Positions 38,734 to 51,311 of a DNA stretch of 64,000 bases are shown in pieces. Origin of the DNA: Albugo candida (taxonomy: Eukaryota); the NCBI GenBank assembly GCA_040437565.1, contig JBDOQK010000012.1, positions 310,001 to 374,000 on the forward strand, given 5' to 3'. Made by a program: the position numbers and the translations under genes. Within the stretch, counting starts at the first letter, position 1, and each line of letters opens with the position of its first letter. Under the pieces are notes generated by a model. The model was not told the DNA's origin. It was given only the letters and a program-made list of their open reading frames with translations, and made no database searches.

Positions 38734-39803
38734 ATGCCTTCACTTCGCGCGTCTATTTCCATCTCTCAGCGTACGCTATTGTCCTCCAAATGCAAATACC
38801 CCGTGTCACGTCGGCATATTAGTCAGCATGCATGTCCATACTTGAATCAAAATCCGCTAACGTCGTGCTGCGACCGCATCTATCGCGCGCCAAAATCACA
38901 ACCTTTTTTTACGAAAAATGTGATGCAGATACGATCGTTCGTAGGCAATGTGGAATATCCAAAAATCGAAGGCTCTAGTCTAGACTTGACGAAAAATATG
39001 CTGAAAATCGGGAAGTTGCTCTCGATTCCGACCGCTCCTCTGTATCTTACAAAGCTGAAACTAGAATACGCAATCACACACATGGAGACCCAAGAAGAGA
39101 TTCAACTCATGCAAGAATTGCTTTTGTTATGTGATACAAAATGCGTGTATCCAAGCACGTATGTCATCGGCACCTTTATTAATTCTTGTCTTCGAAATGA
39201 TTTGGCAGAAACAGCACTTCAGTTCCTCCGACAAGCTCGCTCTCTTGAAAAGTATCTTCCTGGAAAAAGCCTTGTCCGTGTCCTGCGGCATTACACTGAG
39301 CTGATTGATGCATCTGATGAAGATGAAGCGAAAATAGAAGAATATGAAGCGATCATCGACGAATTGGTAGCTAAAATGGATACATTGACAAGTCCAATTT
39401 CAATGATATGTTATCTATTCAAAATTGAGAATGCTAAGCGTCGAGGAGACACCAAACTTGCAGTACAAATTGCAAAAGAAGCGGCTGATGAAAAAGCAAT
39501 CAACGCGCATATGATTCTGAAGCTACTGGAGCCCATCGACGAAGACGAAAATATTGAAGAAAAGGTAAGAAGTCATCTCAATACTTGTGTATGAGCATCT
39601 CATTTCTTTTTCTCGTGAAGTTTCGGGTGGCAAAGTACTTGATGTCTAAGGGAGATGTGTATTCGAATGAGAAACTAGAAGTGTTTTTGCAACGAGCTGG
39701 TACGCAATTTCAGAAGCCTTCTAGTTTGAAGGGGCAAACGATGACGGACAAAAGGAGTGCCGAATTAAGAAAACATAAAGGAAACCATGCATCCACTGAT
39801 TGA
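38734..39803 (+). CDS. Mitochondrial alpha-solenoid protein, PPR / PTCD2-MRPS27-like
   Basis: R/S-rich presequence; helical repeats such as TFINSCLRNDLAETALQFLRQ; intron 39565-39620; TGA 39803. The family assignment is inferred. Confidence 0.65.
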
Positions 39804-39899
39804 GATTTGAAGTCGTAATCGAAATATCACAAACGGTCGACGCAAATGTCACTAGAACAGATAGTTTTGTTAATGAGGTGGACACAACATCGGACTCTA

Positions 39900-40180
39900 A
39901 TAAAAACATCGACTTGAAAGTTGGAACGTCAACATGTAGTCCATTGTATGCAACACATATGTCGAGCTTTATCATAAGAACAAGCGCTATCATTTTCCGT
40001 ACATATGAATTTCTCATGATGTTGAAGCGGAGCTGAATGCAATAAACCATCTCGTTACCGAATGGTCAAAAATTATACCCCAAAGGCTTTATGCTTCTCC
40101 CTCTTAATGATGCTGATTGAGAAATAAGTTTGGCTTCTTTCGCACATTTAGTCTGTGATATTGACGCAAAGCGCAATAGC
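39900..40180 (-). pseudogene. Decayed 3' fragment of the carnitine acyltransferase gene
   Basis: caacatgtagtccattg is identical at 39930-39946 and 55462-55478. Colinear similarity continues (catttt-ccg, gatg-tgaagc, taatg-tgctg). ORF 39721-40050 contains ICVAYNGLHVD versus VCASTNGLHVG. Confidence 0.75.
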
Positions 40181-41524
40181 GTACCCTACAAGCCAGAAGT
40201 TCAAAAGGAGACGCTCTAGAATTCGCAATCTATACGGGGAGGAAAACATCAAACAGCGGTATCTGAGTTTTTTGCTAGCAATGCGAGAATGGGTCGATTA
40301 GCCTAAAGATGACCTGTGTTGTGTTCTTGCCAGTNNNNNNNNNNNNNNNNNNNNNNNNNNNNNNNNNNNNNNNNNNNNNNNNNNNNNNNNNNNNNNNNNN
40401 NNNNNNNNNNNNNNNNNNNNNNNNNNNNNNNNNNGCTAGCAATGCGAGAATGGGTCGATTAGCCTAAAGATGACCTGTGTTGTGTTCTTGCCAGTAAATC
40501 ACGGCCTAGATTCAAACAAGCGCCCATCCACGCTTGATCGGCGCCTTACTAACCTGGATAGGCAATCTCTAACGAAGAATGCCGAACCGCATTCTAATCC
40601 TTTGGAGAAAATAGCGTTCCGAACACCTGAGGAAAATAGGGCTGTACTGGTATGGCGTTTACCACCACTGCACTCACATTGAATGAACCAAGCCACGACT
40701 ATTCTGAAACGTTAATGGAAGCTCTCAACGTGTGTATTATTCACGGAGGTATAATTGACCTTCCTAGACCAAGGAAGCCTCATTGCAAAACTGCTCCCTA
40801 CGCCCGATCTGAGCGGCGTCATTCGAGAGCTTCTTCAACTCTCTTGAAGATGCCGTCCGTTCCGAATATGTTTATCGAGCCTTTCATCATGTTGGGGCAT
40901 GCATCGTGAAATATGAACGTACAGCAGAAGATGCTCCCGAAGGTTTCACATACTCGGCGCTACTTTGATGATGGTCCGAGATTAGAGCTGCAACGTACCG
41001 TAGAAAGTCAGAGATCCCCACAACATGACCGAACCGCTTCAAAAAGAAAGTGATCTTCGCTTCCGTCAATTACATGCGAAATAAACATAGGTTTTTGTTG
41101 TCAATAAAGTCGTGCGAGGCCCAACTATAGCAGATTTTGAGATACTTTAACGTATCAAAGGTTTCCGGAGCGTTTAGAAGCGCGCAATAGCATTTGCAGC
41201 ACGCCCATTGCACTTAGCGCATTCGCGCCTGCTCTTCCTGTTACAAAAATCACCCCTGTCACTCAAAATTAAACATCATTATCTGAACGCAAATACCCGA
41301 TACGCAATAATGAGTAGGTAGGATATTGGCATACATAGACGCATTGGATCAGAATGATGTCCTTACAACGTCATCAGAAAAAAATGCCGAACAGATAGAA
41401 ACATGCCAGAATATCGAAGGAGCTCTATCTCGCATTTAGACGTTAATAGGCATCTTGACTTTCCTGGATATCTGGTCGGAATGCCAAGCGGTCAGGCTCG
41501 TACGCTGGCCTCGATATTGCAAAT

Positions 41525-41761
41525 CTACTCGCCCCAAGCACACGCTGGTCGCTGTTGTCGAGAATCAATTAAAGATCTGCTTGATACTTGGTCATAAGAA
41601 TGCCTTACGCAAATTCTTCCGATAGGTTTCAACAGCTCCTTCAAGGCGGCATGAAAATATACCAAAAAGCATTGATAGCAAAATTTTGTGCTTTGATGCA
41701 GTGCTTTTCTTCTTGCCTCGACTTCCGCAAACAAAATCGCAATCACTGAGAAGCAGACCAT
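41525..41761 (-). CDS. Small putative secreted CxxC protein, possibly truncated
   Basis: MVCFSVIAILFAEVEA signal-peptide-like start followed by FCYQCF; 78 aa. Confidence 0.3.
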   Translation of the reverse strand: MVCFSVIAILFAEVEARRKALHQSTKFCYQCFLVYFHAALKELLKPIGRICVRHSYDQVSSRSLIDSRQQRPACAWGE

Positions 41762-42166
41762 CACAACCTCAGTGTATGTATCGATTCAAATTGGACCATG
41801 TTCGAGGCTTTGGTACGTAATACTTGCGTCGTCACAGCATGGCAAAAACTATGCACTAAAGCCAAATTCTATCTTTCCTTAGCTGTAAGAGAAAGCTTAA
41901 TCGTTAGTACTAACACAGTTGTTGATAACATACTACGGTGACGGCAGCATCAAATGTGCTAGCAGGAAAAAAGAGACCGCGAGGATTATTTCTTACACAA
42001 AATGGTTTAGACTGAACTTTCAGCACATCCCCACGGTCGCTCTTAATCGTACGGTCAGCATGAGCAACATTGCAAGGTAAAGCGAAAGTTTTATCAGGTC
42101 AATGCATCTAATATCCCTAATATAACAAACGTAGTTGTACTCCGTTTATTCACTTATATATATTGA

Positions 42167-43873
42167 TTAGCCAGTGCCTCCCCGTACTAATCCGGCGATA
42201 TCATCGATTCCGAGACCCAATGCTAGGAAAAACATTGCGAAAAAAGCAAAAAAAAGAACGAATGGAGCGATGTCAGTGTACCCACCAAACGCTCGTAGTT
42301 GTTGTGCATCCAGCTTCTGATGCGGTAGTAAAGGGACAGCTACAGCACTAAGTCCGTTGATTAGTGCTAGGGTACATACTGAGAGCGTCATTTGTGAAAT
42401 AGTATTTGGCGATTCGGAATTCAGCCATGAGACATCACTACTCATCTTCCTGCAAATTGTACGCATTATTGTCGAAATATTACAGCAAAAGGATGAAAAA
42501 AGCCCTGATGTTGCGCCCTCCAGTCCATCTTCAGCCAGTTCTACTGCAGGTACTAGAGCAAATGTATAAAGTATCCCCCCGGAGATTCCTGTCAAAAGTT
42601 GAATAGAATAGTAAAAAATCTCGTTGCGCATAGCCCGCACGTGAAGCACCAGTAAGTTTCGTATAAGATCGATTGCGGCAGCAAACAAGAATCCACAGAG
42701 CGCAAAACGACGCCACGAGCTATTCATCCACCAAGTTTTCCAAGCTAGCATTACCATCAAGTATATGACAACACGTCCTGTGAGAATGTAAATCTCGGTT
42801 GAAGGCTCGGGATCGACTAAACGTGCTATAAATTTAGTTGCGCTGGAAATATCAAACTTAAGTGTTGCCATCGCAAAAGCCAGAAACAAGGCCACTTGCC
42901 ATACTGCGCGCTGATGACACATTCGAAAAAAGCGCTGCATTTGTTGTCCGCGAATGTTGATAAGATCAACATCAGATAGCCTGTTGTCACAATTAGTGCC
43001 ATGAACAGCGTCTTCTTCCGCTTGATAGATGATAAGGGGAATCACAGCCAAACAAATAATACATAGAGTGCCATATATCCAGGCTGAGTGAATTCGGGGA
43101 AAAAAATCACCTGTCGATGCATCGTATTTTAGCACAATAGCTGTGAAGCATGCACAAACGCATTCGATGATTGTACGAAAGAGAAGGTAATTGATCAGTA
43201 TGGTCCCTCGCGTTCGCAAGGGTTCTCTTTGCGATAGCTCAATGATCCGAGCTTCAGTTGCGACCTTAAGAAGTACAATGCCAGCGATACATATTGGGAT
43301 CAACGTCATATATACATACAAGACATGAGCAGCCGTATACTTTGAGCTCACAGTATTCGCATTTACAGCTGTCGATAGTGCTGTGAGGCTGGTCAAAGCG
43401 AGTGCGGCAATGATAGCGCCGATGACCATGTAAGGCTTTCTTCGATATTTGCCAACAGGAACAGAATCTGATAGTAATCCAAAGAAAAACCCCAGCGATG
43501 TTGGTAAGCTGACAAGACAAAACGGGCCGAATGGAGGCTCATCGAAATGAAGGCCCAAACTGCTGGGGAGGGAAGGGCGCAAGCAATATCGAATCATTGA
43601 GTTAACTGAGCAGGAAGCGAACGCAGCGGCCAAAAGACCGTACTGATTTTTGGAAAATAAAAACACTTCTCCACCCCCACGAAGCGCTCCTAGTTGTTCG
43701 TAATTAAAAAATTTCGCACCTGCTACAAAACGCTTATAATGATCAAATGGCATTTCACTCCATTGAGTCCCAGAGTCTGAATCTGACAATTTTTTATGAT
43801 GATGAGTTTCTCCGCTCAAAACGTTGTAATTGCCAGATATTCGTTTTGGGCTCAACTCGATGGACAGAGCCAT
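42167..43873 (-). CDS. Folate-biopterin transporter (BT1/FBT family, MFS), copy 1
   Basis: Multiple TM helices; GALRGGG, FFGLLSDSVPVGKYRRKPYMVIG, ARIIELSQREPLRTRG, AVELAEDGLEGATSGL and LLPHQK. Confidence 0.88.
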   Translation of the reverse strand: MALSIELSPKRISGNYNVLSGETHHHKKLSDSDSGTQWSEMPFDHYKRFVAGAKFFNYEQLGALRGGGEVFLFSKNQYGLLAAAFASCSVNSMIRYCLRPSLPSSLGLHFDEPPFGPFCLVSLPTSLGFFFGLLSDSVPVGKYRRKPYMVIGAIIAALALTSLTALSTAVNANTVSSKYTAAHVLYVYMTLIPICIAGIVLLKVATEARIIELSQREPLRTRGTILINYLLFRTIIECVCACFTAIVLKYDASTGDFFPRIHSAWIYGTLCIICLAVIPLIIYQAEEDAVHGTNCDNRLSDVDLINIRGQQMQRFFRMCHQRAVWQVALFLAFAMATLKFDISSATKFIARLVDPEPSTEIYILTGRVVIYLMVMLAWKTWWMNSSWRRFALCGFLFAAAIDLIRNLLVLHVRAMRNEIFYYSIQLLTGISGGILYTFALVPAVELAEDGLEGATSGLFSSFCCNISTIMRTICRKMSSDVSWLNSESPNTISQMTLSVCTLALINGLSAVAVPLLPHQKLDAQQLRAFGGYTDIAPFVLFFAFFAMFFLALGLGIDDIAGLVRGGTG

Positions 43874-44279
43874 TGAAAGAGATTGATTCCAATTTGAGAT
43901 TGACCTTTGGATTCATTCCATAAATCGTGATGATGGGTGCAGGGCGCAATGCCTGTGTGCGTGAGCTTAGGGACTCTAGGGGCCTGTATCCCTACACCTC
44001 ACTCTCCATTTGAAAAATATATAGTTGGAATATTTGTTAGGGGCGTATTTTTCGGTAGGCAGCATAAATGTATAGATACAACTCGTTCGCAGGTCGACAG
44101 GCGAGAAGCTTGCGTGTCTCTCGGTATGGACAGTTGCGACGACAAAAGTACAGTACAATGAGTCTTGTAGAATACATTATACAAGTACTCACCTAATATA
44201 AAGTTCAACTGACCATGAATTCTTCGCTTGCACCTCTTGGCATAGCCCATATTTCGCGATTTTTACGCCAGACATCTGA

Positions 44280-44990
44280 GCTCGAGAGCATTAGACCATC
44301 CCACGCCATGCAGACAATGCGAATAGCATATGTAAGCAATACAAAATTTGAATGCTCTAATCTAGATTCGACGAACAATTGGATCAAAACTGCGCTGATT
44401 TGAATTCTGACCGCTGTTTATCTCACAAAGCCGAACCTAGAGTGCGCAATTAGACACGTGAAGACCCTCTTCTATTGTTTGATGCAAATAACATTGATGT
44501 TGATTTAGCAGGAAGCGCGATCCATTCCACCGCAAACTCGATAGTAATCACCAACTTTTATGAAGTATGAATACCAGTCAATGTGACTGAATGAAAAGTG
44601 TTACTCACCAAGCTGAAGTTTACTTCGTGTCTTGCACCATAAGATAAGTCTTATGCAGAAATCAATAGAGGTGAAGCAAAGCGACAACCACATAGAGCGA
44701 TCTATAAGGAGATACGTCAGAAGTTTGGCCCGTATTATAATAGCATCAACCGAGATTGAGAATGCCAAGCGTAGCAGAAACTGTCAACTTGCAATGCAAA
44801 TTAAACGACGAGTTTCTGATGAAAATGCAGTTATTGCACACACGATGAAGCGAATAAAGACTAGACATTCGAAAAACGAAAGTAATAATCGAATACTTGC
44901 ATTCAGACTCTCTTTTCTGCTCGTGAAGCTTCACATGGCAAGCTCCTTGATATTTATGCGATAGGTTTATCGGAATAAGTGGCTGAAAGT
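44280..44990 (+). pseudogene. Decayed copy of the PPR-like gene at 38734
   Basis: IENAKRSRNCQLAMQI...DENAVIAHTM versus IENAKRRGDTKLAVQI...DEKAINAHMI; tatctcacaaagccgaacctagag versus tatcttacaaagctgaaactagaa. The intron acceptor ctcgtgaag is retained. Confidence 0.85.
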
Positions 44991-45989
44991 GTATTGAAAA
45001 ATTGCTAATACACAGTAGCAAAGCTATTTCACTTCATAACGACAAGCAGCGACAGAGAAATAAGCCACGATTGTGCCAGACCAGTTCGGTCTTATCAATT
45101 CGATTCAGATGCAGGAAGGAGCGCCGAAGCAAAAAATCGGACGGCTGCTTCATGCTGTTACCCAGGAGGTACATATAGCTCTCACTTCTCTGGTTTGACT
45201 CTGTTTGTAGTACGCCCCTCTTAGCGACTTCGCTTGGTTACGAGCGCACAATTAAACGTTGGATGACGTAATCTTTTGGAGCTCTTGCTGCTACTTGTGA
45301 ACAAGCAGACACGCACTGCTGGTCGTCACATCTATTTAATCGTCAACAAAGCAAAATCCGTCGGCTCAATACGTTTAGCCAAACTTGAAGCTACAAATGC
45401 TTTCATTCAATGTGACCATCTTTATGAGCCCTCTAGATGCCGGAAACATGAGCTTGTTTATAGCCCTGGCTGCCAAGCTTCTGCCTCGACGTACCGTCGA
45501 TCGCTTTGATCAGCTTCTGCAACGGTCGCTAAGGCTTTGTACAAGCTACCATCATAGTTTTCCCGTGCATCGCCCTAATCAGATATATCTCCCCGACACA
45601 ACATATGTTCTTCTCTCTCAATGTCGATATTCTTGCAGTATGCGGTGGACCAAGTCAGCAAGATCGTCTGTTAAACAAACTACCACAACGCCTTTAGTAG
45701 TAATGTACAAATAGCTCGGACGGCTGTAGTGACGGAAGTTCGCAACGCAATGAAGTGCAATTTTGACGTGCCGTACTAGGATGGAAATCTGTATGCATAA
45801 TTGTGCCAATTCTTTTTAGCCATTTTAATGCTACTAGAACGATCCCGATCCTTTTTTCGAAACTGTTCAGCTTGAAATCATATTTTGCACATTACCGGAT
45901 GGTTGGTTTGACATGTACAACTCTTTGAAAGACTATACTGTCAGGCGGTATATGATCAACACTCACAGGTCGCTTCATGCAATCTCAAT

Positions 45990-47085
45990 TATATGTATAT
46001 GTACCAATGCAGACAGGTTCAAATCATCTCAATGGTATTGTTCGAACCCCACGCCCGTATTCACCACGAAAAGAAATTGTTGGTTTACGAGGTATTTCCA
46101 TGCAACACGTACACTAGTCCGTGGTCTTGTAGAACTGTCCGTACAGATCAAAATCTCTTCTTCCATGTACGACCGCGTGAGGTCTGGCAACGCGAGTAGA
46201 CAATTGCAACATTGCGATTCAGGACGCTGGATACCTTGGAGTGATAATACTTCTCGTCCATTCTACTCATTATGGCTTATCTTTGATGCCTCACTACCAG
46301 CAATAGCTGATGGCAAAAATGATCTGATCACTTCGATGATCGAGCGTCTTCTATNNNNNNNNNNNNNNNNNNNNNNNNNNNNNNNNNNNNNNNNNNNNNN
46401 NNNNNNNNNNNNNNNNNNNNNNNNNNNNNNNNNNNNNNNNNNNNNNNNNNNNNNTACCTTGGAGTGATAATACTTCTCGTCCATTCTACTCATTATGGCT
46501 TATCTTTGATGCCTCACTACCAGCAATAGCTGATGGCAAAAATGATCTGATCACTTCGATGATCGAGCGTCTTCTATTCCCTATTGTGAGAATGCCCGGG
46601 GGACCGAACAACTGCTATTACCAAGTTACCGAATTTGTCATTTTTTTCACACATGATATCATCATTTATCATTCATTATTGGCAGTGTTTCAATCATCAT
46701 ACATCACGCAGATGCAATAATACAAATCATATATCGTATCCCACAAATGCAAGACATCATACCAATCAGACATAACTGCATTAAAGGGCATGACATCGTC
46801 TTTGACTGTGGCTGCATAACACAATATCAATGTGCTCACGATATAGCACAAACTCNNNNNNNNNNNNNNNNNNNNNNNNNNNNNNNNNNNNNNNNNNNNN
46901 NNNNNNNNNNNNNNNNNNNNNNNNNNNNNNNNNNNNNNNNNNNNNNNNNNNNNNNATCATATATCGTATCCCACAAATGCAAGACATCATACCAATCAGA
47001 CATAACTGCATTAAAGGGCATGACATCGTCTTTGACTGTGGCTGCATAACACAATATCAATGTGCTCACGATATAGCACAAACTC
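45990..47085 (+). pseudogene. Probable highly decayed carnitine acyltransferase copy (inverted cassette)
   Basis: Weak colinear traces: EVFPCN versus EVHPHN; IADGKNDLITSMIERLLF versus IDAKNKESLECIEQAIF; YRIP...GHDIVFD versus YRIS...GYGICYG. Spans two assembly gaps. Confidence 0.45.
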
Positions 47086-47139
47086 CCTTGAACAAGCTTT
47101 TGGAGGATGTAAATCCATTCTTAGTCGTTGCTGCTTCAC

Positions 47140-47500
47140 ACCCTCATTTGATTACTCGATTAGCTTCGTGTCATAGTGAAAGGCACAAATAAGGTCTCGT
47201 GCGGACAAGTTGATTTGATGGAGTTGAACTTTTGATAGGAATTATAGTGCACTTTCTGCTAAATAAATCTAAGGAAAACTTTGTAGAGGTTTTAATGACG
47301 CACGTACTTGAATACACGTATTTTGCATGACACAACAAAACTGATTTCAGGTTCGGCTTTGTAAGATATGGAGGAGTGGCATTGTTCGTCGAAGTCAGAC
47401 TGGTGCCTTTGATCTTGTTCGCAACTATTCAACTAAAGCAGGGATATATATATTGAATATTGCTTACAGACAAGAATGTTGAATTGGCTATGTTCTCGAA
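47140..47500 (-). pseudogene. Decayed inverted copy of the PPR-like gene
   Basis: Reverse complement contains tatcttacaaagc (47368-47356, equal to 39043-39055) and ttttgttgtgtcatgcaaaatacgtgtattcaagtacgtgcgtcat versus ttttgttatgtgatacaaaatgcgtgtatccaagcacgtatgtcat. Confidence 0.8.
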
Positions 47501-48069
47501 AGGATTTAGTTCTTTAATTTGCTCATTCGTCTCTGCTGCTCTTTGTATAATTCGCAACAAGTTGAGACTTTAGCGTGCGAAGTAAACGTACAATGTTTGA
47601 TGATCTAAACAGGGATAAGTATATGTATGCTGATATAAGTGTCGACATGCCAAGAAATGAATGCTCTCACTTGAAACGAGAATACTTGGCCTGATCAACT
47701 GATACTCTTTTGGCAATAAAGCATTCTGATGATCTTTACCTCCTGTAGCCAGTTCTATTAGCCGCGTTTTAGTTAAAGTGATTCACATTACCTTACGCCA
47801 AAGAAAAAGTGAATTGAAGGAATCGATGCTGATTAAAGGAATATAGTTGGCGACTACTTGATCTATGCCTATGGACCTGCATACAAGTGCGCATCGATAC
47901 AATTGTAGCGTATATCGCAAGATACGATCCCTATACATTTCCTTCATGTATGGAGTGAGAGATAGGTGTAGGGGATACAAGCTCATCAAATGCGTTGCCT
48001 CTGCACGCAGAAGCATGCTTTATTGTTATCACAGTTCGACAGCAAGTCATTCATCAAATTATTTGGTCA

Positions 48070-49986
48070 ATGACTCCATTCAGTGAGTCGAGTCCAAGAC
48101 TACCATCAGAGAACTTTGAAATTTATAATGAAAATACTCGTTATCATAAGAAAATGTCAAAGAAAGACTCTGAGACTCAATTGAGTGTGCTACCATTTGA
48201 TCTTGATAACCGGTTTGTCGCAGGTGCTAAGTTTTTCAATTATGAGCACCTAGGAGCGCTTCGTGAAGGTGGAGAAGTTTCATTGTTTTCTAAGGACCAG
48301 CATGGTATTTTGGCCGCCATGTTTGCTTCCAACTTAGCGTATGGAATGTTGGGATATTGCTTGCGCCCTGCCCTTCCAAGAAGTTTGGGNNNNNNNNNNN
48401 NNNNNNNNNNNNNNNNNNNNNNNNNNNNNNNNNNNNNNNNNNNNNNNNNNNNNNNNNNNNNNNNNNNNNNNNNNNNNNNNNNNNNNNNNTTGTTTTCTAA
48501 GGACCAGCATGGTATTTTGGCCGCCATGTTTGCTTCCAACTTAGCGTATGGAATGTTGGGATATTGCTTGCGCCCTGCCCTTCCAAGAAGTTTGGGATTT
48601 CATTTCGACGAGCCTCCATTCGGCCCTTTTTTCCTCACCATCTTACCACTATCGCTTTGTTTTTTCTTCGGAATGTTGTCCGATTCTGTTCCAATTGCCA
48701 ACTATCGAAGAAAGCCTTACATGATCATCGGTATTGCCATTGCAGCACTCGCCTTGATTAGCCTTGCAGCTTTATCGACAACTGTGAATGCGAAAACACT
48801 GAGCTCGAAATATACGGCTTCCCATCTCTTGTATTTATTCATGTCGTTAATGGTAGTATGTGTTGCTGGGATTGTACTTGTCAAAGTCTCAACTGAAGCT
48901 CGAATCATTGAGCTCTCTCAGAGAGAACCCTTGAGGATACGAGGGACCATATTGATCAACTACCTTCTTCTTCGTACACTCGTCGAGTGCATTTGTACAT
49001 GGATCTCAGCTGCGTTGTTGAGATATAACGCACTGACGAATGATTTTTCTACCCGAATTCACTCCGGCTGGATATATGGTAGTCTATGTATTATTTGTTT
49101 GGCTGTAATTCCTATCATCGTATATCGCACGGGAGAAGATGCTGTTAATGGCACGGATTGCGACAATAGGCTATCTAATGCTGACTTAATCAACATTCGT
49201 GGACAAAAGTTGAAGCGCTTTTTTCGAATGTGCCATCAGCGAGCGGTTTGGCAACTCGCCTTGTTCCTGACATTTGCAATCATAACAGCTCGTTTCAAGT
49301 TTTCCAACGCAAGTAGTGTTATAGCACATCTAGTCAACCCCAAGATCACAGCCATGATTTATATTGCCGGAGGACGTGCTGCAATGAGTTTCATGGTGAT
49401 GCTAGCTTGGAAAATTTGGTGGATGAACAGCTCGTGGCGTCGATTTGTGCTCTGCGGATTCTTGCTTGCTGTCTTGCTCGATCTTATTCAAAGCTTGCTG
49501 GTGCTTCACGTGAGAGCTATGCGCAACGAGATATTTTTTTACTGCGTCCAAACTCTGTCGGGAATTACTGAGGCTATACATTATATATACACGCTGGTAC
49601 CCGCAGTGGAATTGGCTGAACTTGGATTGGAGGGCGCAACATCCGGACTTTTTTCATCTTTTTGTTGCATTATTTCGACAACGATGTGTGCGATATGCAG
49701 GAAGATGAATAGTGATGTCTCTACGTTGGTTTCCGTATCGCCTCGCACTGTTTTAAAAGTGACGCTTCTGATGTGCATTCTAGCACTAGTCAACGGACTT
49801 AGCGCTGCAACTGTTCTTTTACTGCCGCACCAAAGGCTGGACGCACAACAAATACGGGCGTTTGGTGGATATACTCGTTCCGCTCCAACTGTTCTATTTC
49901 TTATCTACTTTGGAATGCTTTTCGTAGCATTGGGTCTCGGAATTAACTTTATAGTTGAACTGGTGCGTACCTCACTGGCTAAGTAA
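48070..49986 (+). CDS. Folate-biopterin transporter (BT1/FBT family), copy 2
   Basis: Same motifs as copy 1; ATG 48070. The internal repeat around gap 48390-48489 is an assembly duplication. Confidence 0.87.
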   Translation: MTPFSESSPRLPSENFEIYNENTRYHKKMSKKDSETQLSVLPFDLDNRFVAGAKFFNYEHLGALREGGEVSLFSKDQHGILAAMFASNLAYGMLGYCLRPALPRSLXXXXXXXXXXXXXXXXXXXXXXXXXXXXXXXXXXLFSKDQHGILAAMFASNLAYGMLGYCLRPALPRSLGFHFDEPPFGPFFLTILPLSLCFFFGMLSDSVPIANYRRKPYMIIGIAIAALALISLAALSTTVNAKTLSSKYTASHLLYLFMSLMVVCVAGIVLVKVSTEARIIELSQREPLRIRGTILINYLLLRTLVECICTWISAALLRYNALTNDFSTRIHSGWIYGSLCIICLAVIPIIVYRTGEDAVNGTDCDNRLSNADLINIRGQKLKRFFRMCHQRAVWQLALFLTFAIITARFKFSNASSVIAHLVNPKITAMIYIAGGRAAMSFMVMLAWKIWWMNSSWRRFVLCGFLLAVLLDLIQSLLVLHVRAMRNEIFFYCVQTLSGITEAIHYIYTLVPAVELAELGLEGATSGLFSSFCCIISTTMCAICRKMNSDVSTLVSVSPRTVLKVTLLMCILALVNGLSAATVLLLPHQRLDAQQIRAFGGYTRSAPTVLFLIYFGMLFVALGLGINFIVELVRTSLAK

Positions 49987-51311
49987 TAATCGATGGAAAT
50001 AAACGCAATACTGCTATCATGGCTTTCCTAGTGCACAACTGTCATGGCACCGACGTATGATCTGTTGACTACGGTGACCTGACAGTCTGGGATGTACTGC
50101 TCGTTGACGCAGAATACCCTTCTGGTAGCTTGGTCAATTGTGCGGTCCAATAATACAGACTTTAAATTGACAATTTTACCTTTCGCGCAGGATTTATTTC
50201 TCATTTTTGCACCTCGCACGCTTTTGACCACTATAATTTGCTGGCATAATCGATTTCACCAAACTGACTCAGATCGCACTAATACTCGAACGCAGTAGAC
50301 GACTCAATTATTATGGAGCATTATGATTCAAGTATTTGGTGGGATCGCTGATGGTGCGCGGTAGGCAAGTTCTGAACAAGCAATGTCGTATATAGCGGCC
50401 TTGTGGGACTACTTTAATGCTCAGAGCGGATTCAAGAGTCAAACCTCCTAAATTGCTTGTAGTGTTGCTCTTTTCAGGACGTCGTCTAGGTTCTATACCT
50501 TGTAGTGATTTTTGCAAGCCAGTGACAGGTTGTCGGGGTTTGCATGTGCAAACGTGGATACTGTGCGACGAATATCATAGATGTTACTTTTCTTACCGAA
50601 TGAGGAAACACGAACTATGAAATCCCCCGTGTTTACACGAATGTAGTACAACATACACCCCCTTCTTAGTAATGTTCGGGATTTTTTTCGGAGCACGTAA
50701 ATCCTACATGATTGTATGATCTTCTGACACAAATGGCTGCATAGCTTGATTAAATGAACTTCTTACGTTACGTACCTTGTAACATGTTTTTCCGTTTCAG
50801 TACTTCTTCAACGTCCGAACATGCCCCTTCTTGACGAAAGCACTTGGGTAGGGTTCCCGTATTCCGTCACAATTATATGCTTAGGGGGAGATAGCGACAT
50901 TGGATTGGTAGGGGGATACAGTCTTCGTGTGATTTCGGAAATCGATGCACCCCTTCCGCACTTACAGTGCTTGCAAATATGAATTTGAACTCTCATTCCT
51001 ACCATGCCATATGCGCGTCAGACACTACGTTCTCAAGGTTGAAACATGGTTCGGACAGACACATACTATTAGACCGTGCTGAGGTATTTTTGGCAGTCGC
51101 GGGTTTGTGCTCCTACACGAGAAAGCGAGGCCACCAGCTGGAGGTCACGTGCAAGACCCTTATAAGGAGGACTTGCACAAATGTTAGTGGTGTGTACGGT
51201 GCCGGTATTTCAATGCGTCTACGAGCATCTCTTCGAGTTAGTGATTTTATGTTCACCAATCCGCTGTCTATTTATGAGAGCATTCCAAATGCAACGCTGA
51301 GGGAAGGGATG

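Noticed and set aside
40275-40494. Short direct repeat
   Set aside because: Exact duplicate flanking gap 40335-40434.
46232-47085. Two pairs of direct repeats, superficially an array
   Set aside because: Each pair flanks a 100-N gap (46355-46454; 46856-46955); this is neither a biological repeat nor CRISPR.
48283-48596. Repeated N-terminal segment in FBT copy 2 (663-aa ORF)
   Set aside because: Duplicate around gap 48390-48489; after collapsing it the protein matches its paralogs in length.
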